Shown: piece after piece, positions 10,857 to 20,830 of the stretch
Layout: each line of letters opens with the position of its first letter
Position numbering within the stretch: the first letter of the stretch is position 1
Assembly: GCA_045863295.1 (NCBI GenBank)
Contig: BTWA01000020.1
Span: forward strand, 32,001-96,000
Source of the DNA: Candidatus Hydrogenedentota bacterium
Lineage (GTDB): Bacteria; Hydrogenedentota; Hydrogenedentia; Hydrogenedentales; SLHB01
Direction of reading: 5' to 3'
DNA length: 64,000 bases
Notes under the pieces: model-generated
Database searches by the model: none
What the model was told of the DNA's origin: nothing
What the model saw: the letters and a program-made list of their open reading frames with translations, nothing else
Made by a program: the position numbers and the translations under genes

Positions 10857-10968
10857 AGAAAAATCTCCCGTACCCCGAAAGAATCACACAGCCCGGGCCA
10901 AAGTGTAGCAATCCCCCGCGGGAAGCATCAAACCATCCGGACCGCCGCGCCCCACCGGAAAACCCGGC

Positions 10969-11907
10969 TCAGCCCTTCTTCCGCGGCCGGCCCCGAATGA
11001 TCGACCCGTAACCTGCCGCCATTCCGGTGATCCAGGAAGTGTTGCGCTGGCGAATCGCCTGATTCAGACGCTGAAGGCTGAAGCCCAACTCGCTCCACCA
11101 GAACCACGCCCAATGATACGGAGTCTTCGGCAGATGCTTCTTGAACACATAGTAGTGATTGTAGATCTGCATCGCCGCAAGCTCTTTGTGATCGGTGCGC
11201 GCGGAAGGCGTCTCCACGTGCAACATGCCCGCCTTGGGGTTGCAGAGAATGCGTCCCAGTTTGCCGGCACGATACGAAAACTCCAAATCCTCCAGAAATC
11301 CATACCCATAAAAATGCTCGTCAAAAGTAATGCGATCGAAAATTGACCGCCGGTAAGCGCAGCAACCGCACCCCACTTCCAACTCGTGCACGTCCGTATA
11401 GCCGCTGTACCACGTGTACGAACCAAAACCCGACGGCAGCATGCGGCCTGTGCCATTGATGTGGGGCATCCCGAAAAAACGGAAAAGCGCCATGCGCGCC
11501 GGCGAAACCTGCTTGGGCAATCGGAGAATCGGACTCACGGCCACCACATCTTCGTTCCCGGACAACCGAAACACGCGTTGTATCTCCGCAATATAGTCAG
11601 GATCGAGGATAACGTCGTCGTCGAGAAAGTGAAGTATGTCGCAGGTCGCGGCGCGAATCCCCACGTTGCGCTGCAGCGTCAGCCCGGGCTCGGACCGGAG
11701 GTAATTCACCCGGACCGCAGGATTGCCCACGGCATACTGTCTGACAATCGCATCGGTGTTGTCGGAACCCGAATCAACGACCACGACTTCGTCCGGCGAC
11801 TCGGTCTGCGCGGCCAAACTTGCAAGGCACTTCTGCGTGTCGTGAACGCGATCCTTCGTGCAAATGACAATACTGCAGCGGATTGGATTGTCTTTATGGA
11901 AATTCAT
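10969..11907 (-). CDS. Glycosyltransferase family 2
   Basis: SIVICTKDR, VVVVDSGS, RNVGI, FLDDD, FDEHF.GY..LED. Confidence 0.88.
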   Translation of the reverse strand: MNFHKDNPIRCSIVICTKDRVHDTQKCLASLAAQTESPDEVVVVDSGSDNTDAIVRQYAVGNPAVRVNYLRSEPGLTLQRNVGIRAATCDILHFLDDDVILDPDYIAEIQRVFRLSGNEDVVAVSPILRLPKQVSPARMALFRFFGMPHINGTGRMLPSGFGSYTWYSGYTDVHELEVGCGCCAYRRSIFDRITFDEHFYGYGFLEDLEFSYRAGKLGRILCNPKAGMLHVETPSARTDHKELAAMQIYNHYYVFKKHLPKTPYHWAWFWWSELGFSLQRLNQAIRQRNTSWITGMAAGYGSIIRGRPRKKG

Positions 11908-12131
11908 GACTCGGTTCACGCAAATTCGTAGTGGTGCTGCCGAACACAAACGCGATTCGACCGCCTGCCAATTGGGCCATGGCCGCACGCGCACCACGCT
12001 TGCAAGTTCACCTGGTATGCTCCATGGAATAGGGTGATGGTCTTCAGCACGGCTCCGCAGCCGTTGAGCAACGATCAGACTCCCGAGTGTACCACGGCGG
12101 AACAGATTCAAACCATGGCCGAATCAAAAGA

Positions 12132-12704
12132 TCACTCCAAGGTGTTTTCCAGAATCAGGCGTACCGCCTCCGCCAAATCCGGCGCCACCGGACAATCCAG
12201 ATGAGGAAGCGGTACTCCAGCCCGATAGCGTTCCGCATCCAATCCACTCAAGACAAAGATCGGCTTGCAGCCCGCATTGCCCGCCGTGATCAGATCGGAA
12301 TAGGAATCGCCCACAAAATAGGTCTGGACTATTTCGAATCCATACTGATCCCTCGCCTGGTGAATCAGCCCAGGCTTCGGCTTGCGGCACAAACACGCAT
12401 CCTGTGCAAGGTGAGGACAACAGTAAAAGGCCTCGATCCGGCCACCCGATTCCAATGCGACCTTTTCGCGGATATGATCGTGGATTTCTTGCAGGATCTC
12501 AGGGGCCAGCATCCCCTTCCCGACACATTGCTGATTGGTGACGACCAACACGGAGTATCCGGCAGCGTTTAGATCCGCAATTGCCCGAGCGGCCCCAGGA
12601 AGGATTTCAACCGCGCTTGTCTCGAGAACGTACCCGTCCCGCACGGCCCGATTGATGACGCCATCCCGATCCAGGAGAACACATCGATTCACGTTGGTAC
12701 CCAC
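12132..12704 (-). CDS. gmhB: D-glycero-D-manno-heptose 1,7-bisphosphate phosphatase (HAD-IIIA)
   Basis: LDRDGVIN, VVTNQ, CPH...CLCRKPKPG, VGDSYSD. Confidence 0.85.
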   Translation of the reverse strand: MGTNVNRCVLLDRDGVINRAVRDGYVLETSAVEILPGAARAIADLNAAGYSVLVVTNQQCVGKGMLAPEILQEIHDHIREKVALESGGRIEAFYCCPHLAQDACLCRKPKPGLIHQARDQYGFEIVQTYFVGDSYSDLITAGNAGCKPIFVLSGLDAERYRAGVPLPHLDCPVAPDLAEAVRLILENTLE

Positions 12705-12804
12705 ACCCTTTCGAACAGTAACAAGCCCACGCTTTGACCGGCGGCTCGCTTCCTGTGTAGTCTACCGCTTTCCACAATTTCGGGGACTATTGCGGGAACA
12801 CCGG

Positions 12805-13893
12805 ATGCCCATGCATTTCTGTTTGACCATAGTGTCTGCCATCGCATTACTGCAAGTCGAATCGGGCCAAACTCCCGCATCCACCCAAGCCGCGATCGAT
12901 CCGGCCATCCTCGAAAAGGCAAAGGCCATCGTCGCCGAATACACGCCGCAAAAAATGGTGTGGGTGGAAGGTTTCAAAAACGGCCTGCGGGTATCCGGCA
13001 TCACCCTGCCGGAAGAGTCTGACGGCGCGCCCCAGGGCGGAATGACCGTGCGGGTGTCGCTGCCGCCATGGTTTGAATCCGATCGGCTGCTCGGCACGGT
13101 CACCCTGAACAAACCGCTTACAATCCGCCTGCTCTGGTCCATCGATCCCACGCCGCAACCCAGCCCGCGTAACGGGGCCTATGCCGTGCGCCTCGCACAA
13201 CACGACGGATATGCGCGTCTATTGCAACCAAACCCGGTCAATGTGGACACCGCCGGCCTGAACTACGGCGACGTTTTCTGGACCGATCACACGTTGCCTC
13301 CAATGAACGTCAGTCCGGCCGGTCTGTACAACGTGATCGTAAGTAACAACACATCCCCTACTCAAAACATCCCCCTGGGTCAGGTCCTCGTGCCGCCTGT
13401 GCCGGAACCGCAACCCGAAGTCGTGGAAAAACTGAAAACCCTGTATCCCCAAGGTGAAGTCCTCTCATCCGATCACGTGGTGCTGAGCCGATGGTTCGGC
13501 ATTGCAGTGCCGAATCCAAAACCCGGGTTTCAAGCCCGAAGCATCGTCATTATTTCCAGCGCGGATTGGATCGAGGAACTGCCCAATGAAACCGTGATCG
13601 CCGAAGTAACGGTGAAAGACTCGGCCGGAAAATCGTTGAAACGCAATCTGCGGTTGGGCAAGGAAACAGCGTCAACGTGGTACAACTACCACGTGCGCGG
13701 AAATCTGCAGCACGAAATGGCCCCCGTCGCCTGGTCGTGGGAACAAAACGTCGAAACCGTCAACTTCGAAGCCAACGTATACACCGGCCAATTTGAATTG
13801 GAAGAAGGCTTCGGGCCGCTGCAATCCGTGGAAGTAACCTATGCGGCGGAATCAGGACTGCTCCGGATTCGCGGCATGGCCATGTTGCCTTAG
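12805..13893 (+). CDS. Secreted hypothetical protein (beta-rich)
   Basis: Long ORF with a signal-peptide-like N-terminus (MHFCLTIVSAIALLQ); no family recognised. Confidence 0.6.
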   Translation: MPMHFCLTIVSAIALLQVESGQTPASTQAAIDPAILEKAKAIVAEYTPQKMVWVEGFKNGLRVSGITLPEESDGAPQGGMTVRVSLPPWFESDRLLGTVTLNKPLTIRLLWSIDPTPQPSPRNGAYAVRLAQHDGYARLLQPNPVNVDTAGLNYGDVFWTDHTLPPMNVSPAGLYNVIVSNNTSPTQNIPLGQVLVPPVPEPQPEVVEKLKTLYPQGEVLSSDHVVLSRWFGIAVPNPKPGFQARSIVIISSADWIEELPNETVIAEVTVKDSAGKSLKRNLRLGKETASTWYNYHVRGNLQHEMAPVAWSWEQNVETVNFEANVYTGQFELEEGFGPLQSVEVTYAAESGLLRIRGMAMLP

Positions 13894-14675
13894 CTCTCGT
13901 TCGCCAATCGCCCCAACGCTTTCGCCGCACCCAGATGAGACCGGCTCTGCTGTAACGCGTTCGCATACCAGTCCCTGGCCGAGTCCGGCCGCCCTTCGAG
14001 TTCGGCTATCACGCCCAGCCAAAACGCGGAGTCGCTCCGGCTGTGCTCGGCCCAGTCCCGTTGGAACAAATCTTTGGCCCTTGTGCGGTCGCGCTCGTAC
14101 AACAGCGCATACCGGGCCGACGCAAATGGATTCGACGCTGTGGCCGCGGCCCGGGCCTGCACCCGCAATTCCTCGGGCAATGCTCGAGGGTCAGCTTCGG
14201 CTACCGCGGTACTCGCGTCCGACAATACCTCCACGGGGTTGTTCGCAAACGCATCAGGGAGTCGCGACTGACTGACTGCGCCGCCAAACCGCAGCTCCAT
14301 TTCCGAAGCAAGCGAATCGGCGGCGGCCGAGTCGGCAACCGCAATGAAATGGCTGAACCGTGGCAGGATGACCCAATCGTCCGAAAACTGCCATGCCAAT
14401 TCCGGCAATAACGCGGGGCGTGCCCGCACAACATCAATCAACAGGGTTTCGGCATTGCCGACTTTGCCCCGCTCAATATCCTCCTTGCTGATGCGAATCG
14501 TCTCGTCCAGAACGAACCGGTCCATCCGCTTGCTTAGAATGCGGTGCGCGACACTAATCATAAACGCCGAAATGATAAGTATAAGCACCAGAAGAAGCGC
14601 GGTCGCCACCAACGGACGAATCGGCTTCGGCGCGGTTGGACGGTATTTCGCGCTCTCGTCCACGGCAACCGGCAT
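13890..14675 (-). CDS. Membrane-anchored TPR protein
   Basis: TGATG coupling to hddA; N-terminal TM; C-terminal TPR (AFWLGVIAELEGRPDSARDWYANAL). Confidence 0.6.
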   Translation of the reverse strand: MPVAVDESAKYRPTAPKPIRPLVATALLLVLILIISAFMISVAHRILSKRMDRFVLDETIRISKEDIERGKVGNAETLLIDVVRARPALLPELAWQFSDDWVILPRFSHFIAVADSAAADSLASEMELRFGGAVSQSRLPDAFANNPVEVLSDASTAVAEADPRALPEELRVQARAAATASNPFASARYALLYERDRTRAKDLFQRDWAEHSRSDSAFWLGVIAELEGRPDSARDWYANALQQSRSHLGAAKALGRLANES

Positions 14676-15736
14676 CACGCCAGCTCCACCAGGTGCCAAC
14701 GCGCCTCCAGATCGGAATCGGTACGAAAAAAGGGCTCGTCATACACCACGGAAGCTCCGTCGTGATCGAAGGTGAACAACATTTCCTTTGCGCCCGCGGC
14801 CCGCATCGCCCTTGAAACCTCTTCGCGCGCGGCGCCTTCGCAATAGAGCATCAGGAAGCCGCCGCCGCCCGCGCCCGCGATCTTGCCGCCCACCGCCCCA
14901 TTGGCAAGCGCGAGACTGTAAAGCTCGTCGATATGAGGGTTGCTGATCCCCGCCGCCACGCGCTTCTTGCTCTCCCATGCCTTGTGCAGCAGTTCGCCAA
15001 ACTTCCGGAGTTGCCCGGACTGCAACACCTGAATGCCTTCGCCCACCATGTCTTTGATCTCGGACAATGCGGACACTGTGTCTTTCTTTTTGTCTTCGCA
15101 AGCTTCCTTCTGGCGGCTGAGAATGCTGGAGGATTCGCGGGAACTACCGGTGAAGAACAAAAGAATGTTAGATTCCAGCTCCCGCATCAACACCGGATCA
15201 AGATCGATGGGATGCACTGTCACCCCGTCCGCGCGAAACTCGATGTGCTTGAGTCCGCCGAACGCCGATCCGTATTCATCCTGTTTCCCGCCGGGATGTC
15301 CGAGCATCACGCTGTTGATATGGTACGCCGCTTCCGCAAGCGCGTATCGATCGAAATGGCGTTGTTGAAACACGCTCAGCGCCTTGACCATGCACACGCT
15401 CACCGCGCCGGAGGATCCCAGTCCCGTGCCCGGCGGAATCTCGGAAGCAAGAAAAATACTGGCCCCGCGATCCATGCCCACATACTTGATGGCGGAAATG
15501 GGTATCTGTAAATCGCCTTCCACGGCTTCGGGCCGGAGATCGTCGAGCGTCTGCATCACACGCAGATCGGCCGAAATCAATTGCACGCGTCGCTCAGGCA
15601 GTTCGCTGATGAGTGCGTAAAAGTATTTGTTGATGGAAGCGCTGATGACGGCGCCACCATGCTTGGAGTAATAACTCGGGAGGTCCGTACCGCCGCCGAA
15701 AAAACTGATGCGCACCGGTGCGCGAACAATGAGCAT
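14675..15736 (-). CDS. hddA: D-glycero-alpha-D-manno-heptose-7-phosphate kinase (GHMP family)
   Basis: APVRISFFGGGTD, PPGTGLGSSG, GKQDEY, GGKIAGAGGGG. Confidence 0.85.
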   Translation of the reverse strand: MLIVRAPVRISFFGGGTDLPSYYSKHGGAVISASINKYFYALISELPERRVQLISADLRVMQTLDDLRPEAVEGDLQIPISAIKYVGMDRGASIFLASEIPPGTGLGSSGAVSVCMVKALSVFQQRHFDRYALAEAAYHINSVMLGHPGGKQDEYGSAFGGLKHIEFRADGVTVHPIDLDPVLMRELESNILLFFTGSSRESSSILSRQKEACEDKKKDTVSALSEIKDMVGEGIQVLQSGQLRKFGELLHKAWESKKRVAAGISNPHIDELYSLALANGAVGGKIAGAGGGGFLMLYCEGAAREEVSRAMRAAGAKEMLFTFDHDGASVVYDEPFFRTDSDLEARWHLVELA

Positions 15737-15740
15737 TCCG

Positions 15741-17150
15741 CTACCCCCGAACGACCGACGCGCCCGCTCGCACGACGCCCGAAACAAGCACATTGAAATC
15801 AAAAGCCAGCGACTGATTGTCCAGGTAGGCAACATCCCACGCCAATTGATCCGACGACGCCACAAGCTGGCCGTCCGCCGCCGCGTTGAATCCGACCATG
15901 CCCGGACGCACGGCCAGGATCCGGCGTTCCCACGAATTATAGTGCAAGGCCCGCTCCAAGTCGCTTGGCCGGGGACCAACAAGACTCATGTCGCCCTTGA
16001 GTACGTTCATGACTTGAGGGAATGCATTCCACATCGCCCGCTCGCCTGTGGCGCCCGCCCCGGTGTCCGGGTGAAATAACAACAAATCGAACGGCCGGCC
16101 CTTGAGTCCCGCAACGCGCATTCGTTGCAGTACCGGCACGTGTTTGCGCGCGGCCCGCAACGAACGCCACCCATACACCACGCCGAATAAGGGAAGCAGG
16201 CTCAACGCGCCCACAAGATCCGCCGTGCGCTTCACGGCCGCGCTCATCACCGGCACTTTCAACGGCCGCAGATGGACCAACGGAATAATGCCCAACCGAT
16301 CCACTTGCAGCTTCGACGAGTACACTTCGAAAAACTCCGGCACGAGCCGGACTTCGATGCCCTGGGCCGTACAATCGGCAATGAGATTCAACAATTCATC
16401 ACTCTTGCGCGCCGAAGTGGCGATAATGATCAAATCGGGATTCAGATCCAACAGGCGCCGCGACACTTGCGACGCCGAACCGCTGCGCACGCCGTGTGCC
16501 GAGACATTCTCAAGCACAGGATTGTCGCCGCCACGATACATGAGCCCCGTCACACGGTAGCCGAGTTGAGGATTGAGGCGTATGGTTTGAAGCAGGCGAT
16601 TCGCGTTTTGTGTGCTGCCCACTAGAACAACCTTTTTCACCCCGATGCCAAAACACAACATGGCCAGCACGACGATGCGCGCACCCAACTTTGTGGCAAA
16701 GGCCATTGTGGTGGCTATGAGCCAGTAGTAGGCGAGAAACGCACGAGAACCGAACACACTCGCCTGACCGTACCCGGCCACGGAAAGCAACAGGGTCGCG
16801 ACAGACGTCGTAAGTACAATTCGGATCACGAGATCCAGCGGCAGCCACGTTCGGTGCAATTGGTATATGCCCGCTTGCCGCAACATAAGCACATACGCCA
16901 CCGACACCAGAGACAAGGCAAGTTGTGTACCGGGTCGGGAAAGTACGTCGAGAAGCGAGTCAGCGAAGGGCACGGACCCGTACCGCAGCGAATAGGCAAT
17001 GGCAAACGCCAAGACCGGTGTAAGCAAATCCGCCGCGACCAGTCCCAACAAGAACAAAGGCCTGCGGAGACGCCGCCAATACAGGATGGATCGGTCCCGT
17101 ACTTTGACGACGTTCAGGGCAACCCCTTGGTAATTCGCCATTTCCGCCAT
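15741..17150 (-). CDS. Polyprenyl sugar phosphotransferase-like protein with degenerate catalytic motifs
   Basis: WcaJ-like architecture with KRTAD, PQVMNVLKGDMSLVGPRP and RPGMVG, but the KFR[ST]M and DELPQ motifs are altered. Confidence 0.75.
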   Translation of the reverse strand: MAEMANYQGVALNVVKVRDRSILYWRRLRRPLFLLGLVAADLLTPVLAFAIAYSLRYGSVPFADSLLDVLSRPGTQLALSLVSVAYVLMLRQAGIYQLHRTWLPLDLVIRIVLTTSVATLLLSVAGYGQASVFGSRAFLAYYWLIATTMAFATKLGARIVVLAMLCFGIGVKKVVLVGSTQNANRLLQTIRLNPQLGYRVTGLMYRGGDNPVLENVSAHGVRSGSASQVSRRLLDLNPDLIIIATSARKSDELLNLIADCTAQGIEVRLVPEFFEVYSSKLQVDRLGIIPLVHLRPLKVPVMSAAVKRTADLVGALSLLPLFGVVYGWRSLRAARKHVPVLQRMRVAGLKGRPFDLLLFHPDTGAGATGERAMWNAFPQVMNVLKGDMSLVGPRPSDLERALHYNSWERRILAVRPGMVGFNAAADGQLVASSDQLAWDVAYLDNQSLAFDFNVLVSGVVRAGASVVRG

Positions 17151-17374
17151 GATATCCCCGGCGCTTACACCCGAGTATCGCGCCCGATAGGCATCCCTAA
17201 CTGCCATTTGGAAAGCGCCTGCCCTGAAACCCGAGCGGTTCCACGCATTCTCCGCGGACCCAATGCACCGCCGCGAATAAAGCATGGGGAACAGGCACTT
17301 GTCTAGAATATACTACCAACTAATGGGGATTTTTCCAAGCTGGGCTCCATGACTTGAGGTGGGAGGACGACGAA

Positions 17375-18469
17375 TTGGATGCCAGGACGCCGCCAAGGAG
17401 CAAGCTCCGTATCCTGCATTTGGCGGAAAGCCCCTATTTCGGGGGGATTACGTCCCATATTCTGACGGTCGCGAAGGCCTTCGAAGGACACCCGCGCTAT
17501 GAAATCGTCGTGGGAACGTTGCCGGGCCGGGGTGGCGCAATGGCCCTCCTCGATCAGGGGGCCGAGCAGGGGATTCCTGTACGCGTGGTCCCGATGAAGG
17601 CAACGTTCGACATGAGAGTGTTTTTTGGATTGCGGCAACTTGTGGCTGACCAAGGCATAAACCTCGTCCATACGCACAACTACCGGTCGACAATGATCGC
17701 ACAACTGGCGATGCTTGCCGTACCCACGGTAAATACCTGCCATGGCAAAGCCATTCAAGCCACGTGGCGGGTGCGGATGTGGCAGTGGATGGAATTGCAG
17801 GTAATGCGGGGGCGCGGCCATGTAATCGCCTGCTCAAGGGACGTGGAACAGTGGTTGGTTTCAAAGGGGGTTCCGCCCCGTAATACACGTCTGGTGTACA
17901 ACGCATGCGCGGGGCCTTCCGAAATTCCGTCGCCGCAGGTCCGATCCGAAGGCGTTACATTCCTGTTTGTCGGCCGTGTGGTACCGGGCAAAGGGGTTGA
18001 TCAGTTGGTTCGGGCCATTGCGGAAGTGCCTGGCGCCAGAGGTGTCGTTTTGGGTGACGGTCCTCTGCTGGGCTCGTGCGAAAACCTTGCCCGGGAACTG
18101 GGATCCCGTGTGCGGTTTGAGGGATTTCACAAAGACCCCGGTCCATTCTACGAGGCCGCCGATGTGGTCGTATTACCTTCGGATATGGAAGCGTTTCCCA
18201 TGGTGCTGTTGGAAGCCGCCGCGTGGGGCCGTCCCGTCATCGCGACACGCGTGGGCGGCATACCGGAGATTGTGGAAGACGAAGGGAACGGATTGCTGGT
18301 CAACCCCGGAGACGCGACGGCGTTACGGGCCGCAATGGCCCGAATGATGAACGGGGAAGATCGGGTGCGTATGGGGTTGCGGGCGCGGGAAGCGTGGGAA
18401 CAACGGTTTTCCCCCACCTCACTGGTGAGCGCGCTGGAGCGCGTCTACGATGAAGTGCTTGGCATTTAG
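17375..18469 (+). CDS. Glycosyltransferase family 4
   Basis: TTG start after GGAGG; FVGRVVPGKG, PSDMEAFPMVLLEAAAWGRPVIATRVGGIPE. Confidence 0.9.
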   Translation: MDARTPPRSKLRILHLAESPYFGGITSHILTVAKAFEGHPRYEIVVGTLPGRGGAMALLDQGAEQGIPVRVVPMKATFDMRVFFGLRQLVADQGINLVHTHNYRSTMIAQLAMLAVPTVNTCHGKAIQATWRVRMWQWMELQVMRGRGHVIACSRDVEQWLVSKGVPPRNTRLVYNACAGPSEIPSPQVRSEGVTFLFVGRVVPGKGVDQLVRAIAEVPGARGVVLGDGPLLGSCENLARELGSRVRFEGFHKDPGPFYEAADVVVLPSDMEAFPMVLLEAAAWGRPVIATRVGGIPEIVEDEGNGLLVNPGDATALRAAMARMMNGEDRVRMGLRAREAWEQRFSPTSLVSALERVYDEVLGI

Positions 18470-18668
18470 CCCGCATTTTGCACCATGCTTAACGCGTGCG
18501 TGGAAGACTGAAGTACAGTCTCCGTGGTGCAAAATGCTCACACAGAATAGTTTGGGCTTGAGACGCTGAGGATATTTCACGAGCACACAGCACTTGCATC
18601 GGAATGGTCAATGGCCCGATGGAATCGTCGTTACACAGTTAGCTGGACAACGTCGTGAAATATCCGCG
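18470..18668. mobile_element. MITE-like element, copy 2 (199 bp)
   Basis: Same ends as copy 1 (CCCGCATTTTGCACC...GTGAAATATCCGCG); TTAG at 18466-18469 and 18669-18672. Confidence 0.75.
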
Positions 18669-19556
18669 TTAGCGCGGCTTCGGGGCGGCGGAATCGTTGC
18701 CTGTAACAATATTCCAGTACGCCTTTGCGCGCGCCGCGAAAAAACGGCCTTCCATGGCAATGGCCAACGGGTACAGGTCCAGCGGAAAATAGCGCGGCGC
18801 CCACAAGGGACTTGCCGCGCATTTGGCCGCCGTATACGCCACAAGCGGAAAAAGCGGCCGCCCATGCATCCGACGAATATACAGGCCCTTAACGGCGGGA
18901 TTGCGCACGCGGCGGCACGCCCCGTCCCAGTCAGTCTGGTAGCGGTGCCGGACGGCAACGCCCGGATCGTAGTAGATGGTCTTGCCTCGTTGGGCGAGGC
19001 GTAGACAAAACTCCCAGTCCTCGCTGTTGTGGCTAATATCAGGATCGAAACCGCCAAGTTCTTCGAACAAGGCGCGGGAAATGAGAAAATTCATCATGGG
19101 CACGGCGGACACGAAATGCGGCCGTGCTCCAAACCCAATCTGCGCGCGGTAGTGCAGATAGCGTTCAAGTTTTGAGTCCAGGGAGTAGGCATCAAACCCG
19201 CCGCACAGCGTGTCCGCGCGCGATCGATGACGCAGCGCAAGCATGCCCTCAATCCAGTTCGACGGCACGACGACATCGTCGTCGGTCATGAGCAGAAAAT
19301 CGCCCTTGGCTTCACGGGCTGCGGTATTTCGGGCAATGCCCGGTCCGCCGCCGGCGGACCGCACCGCACGCAACCGGCCGCCGCTCGACCGCGCGTATTC
19401 GGCAAGGATATCGGAAGTGCCGTCCGTGGAAGCGTCGTCCGAATAGATCGCCTCAAAGTCCGCGCCCGGCTGGTTCAACACCGATTCGATGTTTTCACGG
19501 AGGATCTCGCCGCGGTTGTGCGTGGCGACAATAACACTGACTCGAACAGCGGACAT
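18669..19556 (-). CDS. Glycosyltransferase family 2
   Basis: VSVIVATHNR, DDASTDGT, ARNTA, MTDDD, GGFD...SEDWEF. Confidence 0.88.
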   Translation of the reverse strand: MSAVRVSVIVATHNRGEILRENIESVLNQPGADFEAIYSDDASTDGTSDILAEYARSSGGRLRAVRSAGGGPGIARNTAAREAKGDFLLMTDDDVVVPSNWIEGMLALRHRSRADTLCGGFDAYSLDSKLERYLHYRAQIGFGARPHFVSAVPMMNFLISRALFEELGGFDPDISHNSEDWEFCLRLAQRGKTIYYDPGVAVRHRYQTDWDGACRRVRNPAVKGLYIRRMHGRPLFPLVAYTAAKCAASPLWAPRYFPLDLYPLAIAMEGRFFAARAKAYWNIVTGNDSAAPKPR

Positions 19557-19620
19557 GCAGGCACTCCCGGCGAATGATCGCCCTATTGTGATAGACTGAT
19601 CGCGACGCTTCAACTCCGGC

Positions 19621-20547
19621 ATGAACCAACTGAAAGTACCGATGACCTTCGAGCCCACACGATCTTCCGGCGCGCCGCTCGTGTCCGTGATCATGCCCAC
19701 GTACCACAAGGATTCGCTCGTCTTGTTGCGCGCGGCAGTGGAAAGCATCCTGATTCAAACCTTTGCGGACTTCGAGTTTCTCATCGTTATTGACGGAGTG
19801 GTGCCGGACGAAACCCGCAAGTTTCTGCAGGAAACCTACGCGCGTGATGCGAGGGTGCGCCTAATCGCGCTACAGGAGAACCGGGGTTCGTCGCATGCGC
19901 GAAATACCGCAATCCGGGAAGCGCGCGGCGAATTCATCGCAATCATGGACGCCGACGACGTGTCCCAACCGCAGCGCTTCGAGCGGCAGTTGGCCTTCTT
20001 GAACGATACCGGCGCCGATGCCTGCGGCAGCTTTTACGACGTCATCGATTCCCACGATCGCGTGGTGGGCAAACGCGAAGTGCCCACGAGCGAAGCGGCC
20101 ATCCGCCGTGCGCTTTACTGGTTCAATCCGATTCCCAATCCCACCATCATGGCGCGCGCGAATCTGATGAAGGCGCATCCCTATCCCGAACGGTATCCCG
20201 ACGGCTCCGTGTTCTGGTACGGCGAGGATTATGCCCTGTGGGTCGGAATCATTCTCGAAGGACACCGTGTATTGAACCAGCCGGAATCCCTGCTGCGGTA
20301 CCGCGTAAACGATTGGTTCTGGCGGCGCCGAACGGGAACAGACGCGTTCTACACCGACTTCAGCGTGAAATGGAGCACGATGAAACTGTACCCGCTCTAC
20401 TGGCGGCCATGGGTGGCGCTGATCAGTTTCGTTACCGCATCGACCCGCCTTTGGCCAACGTGGACGCTGGCATTGATCTACCGCCTGCGGTCACGGCTTC
20501 GGTTTTCGCCCGATGTACGCGTTCACGATCGGACAGGGTTGAAATAG
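19621..20547 (+). CDS. Glycosyltransferase family 2
   Basis: VSVIMPTY, IVIDG, ARNTAI, IMDADD, RFERQ, EDYALW. Confidence 0.88.
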   Translation: MNQLKVPMTFEPTRSSGAPLVSVIMPTYHKDSLVLLRAAVESILIQTFADFEFLIVIDGVVPDETRKFLQETYARDARVRLIALQENRGSSHARNTAIREARGEFIAIMDADDVSQPQRFERQLAFLNDTGADACGSFYDVIDSHDRVVGKREVPTSEAAIRRALYWFNPIPNPTIMARANLMKAHPYPERYPDGSVFWYGEDYALWVGIILEGHRVLNQPESLLRYRVNDWFWRRRTGTDAFYTDFSVKWSTMKLYPLYWRPWVALISFVTASTRLWPTWTLALIYRLRSRLRFSPDVRVHDRTGLK

Positions 20548-20661
20548 CCATACGCGTCAGACCGAGGGTGTCGAGGGTTGAATCGCGCGGCGCACGGTGC
20601 AAACGGAATGGTGCGCAGTGCGTAGGGTGAGTGCAACTGCGCAAAGAGCGTGTGGCTGGAC

Positions 20662-20677
20662 TGGCGCGGGCACTGCT
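20662..20677 (+). promoter_or_regulatory. Possible sigma54 (-24/-12) promoter for the gmhA operon
   Basis: TGGCGC-GGGCA-CTGCT has GG-N10-GC spacing. An upstream inverted repeat TGCGCAGT...ACTGCGCA lies at 20612-20643. Confidence 0.3.
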
Positions 20678-20830
20678 AGAACCGGCGCGTGAAAAACCGG
20701 GTGAAAATGAGATACTGTAGGAGTAATTGCGGAATTCGGCGCGCCGTATGTTCGAGAATGGCAAGCATGACGGACAACGGCCCGTTCATTCGTGGATGGC
20801 CAACGATTATTTACCAGTAAGGACCCGATC

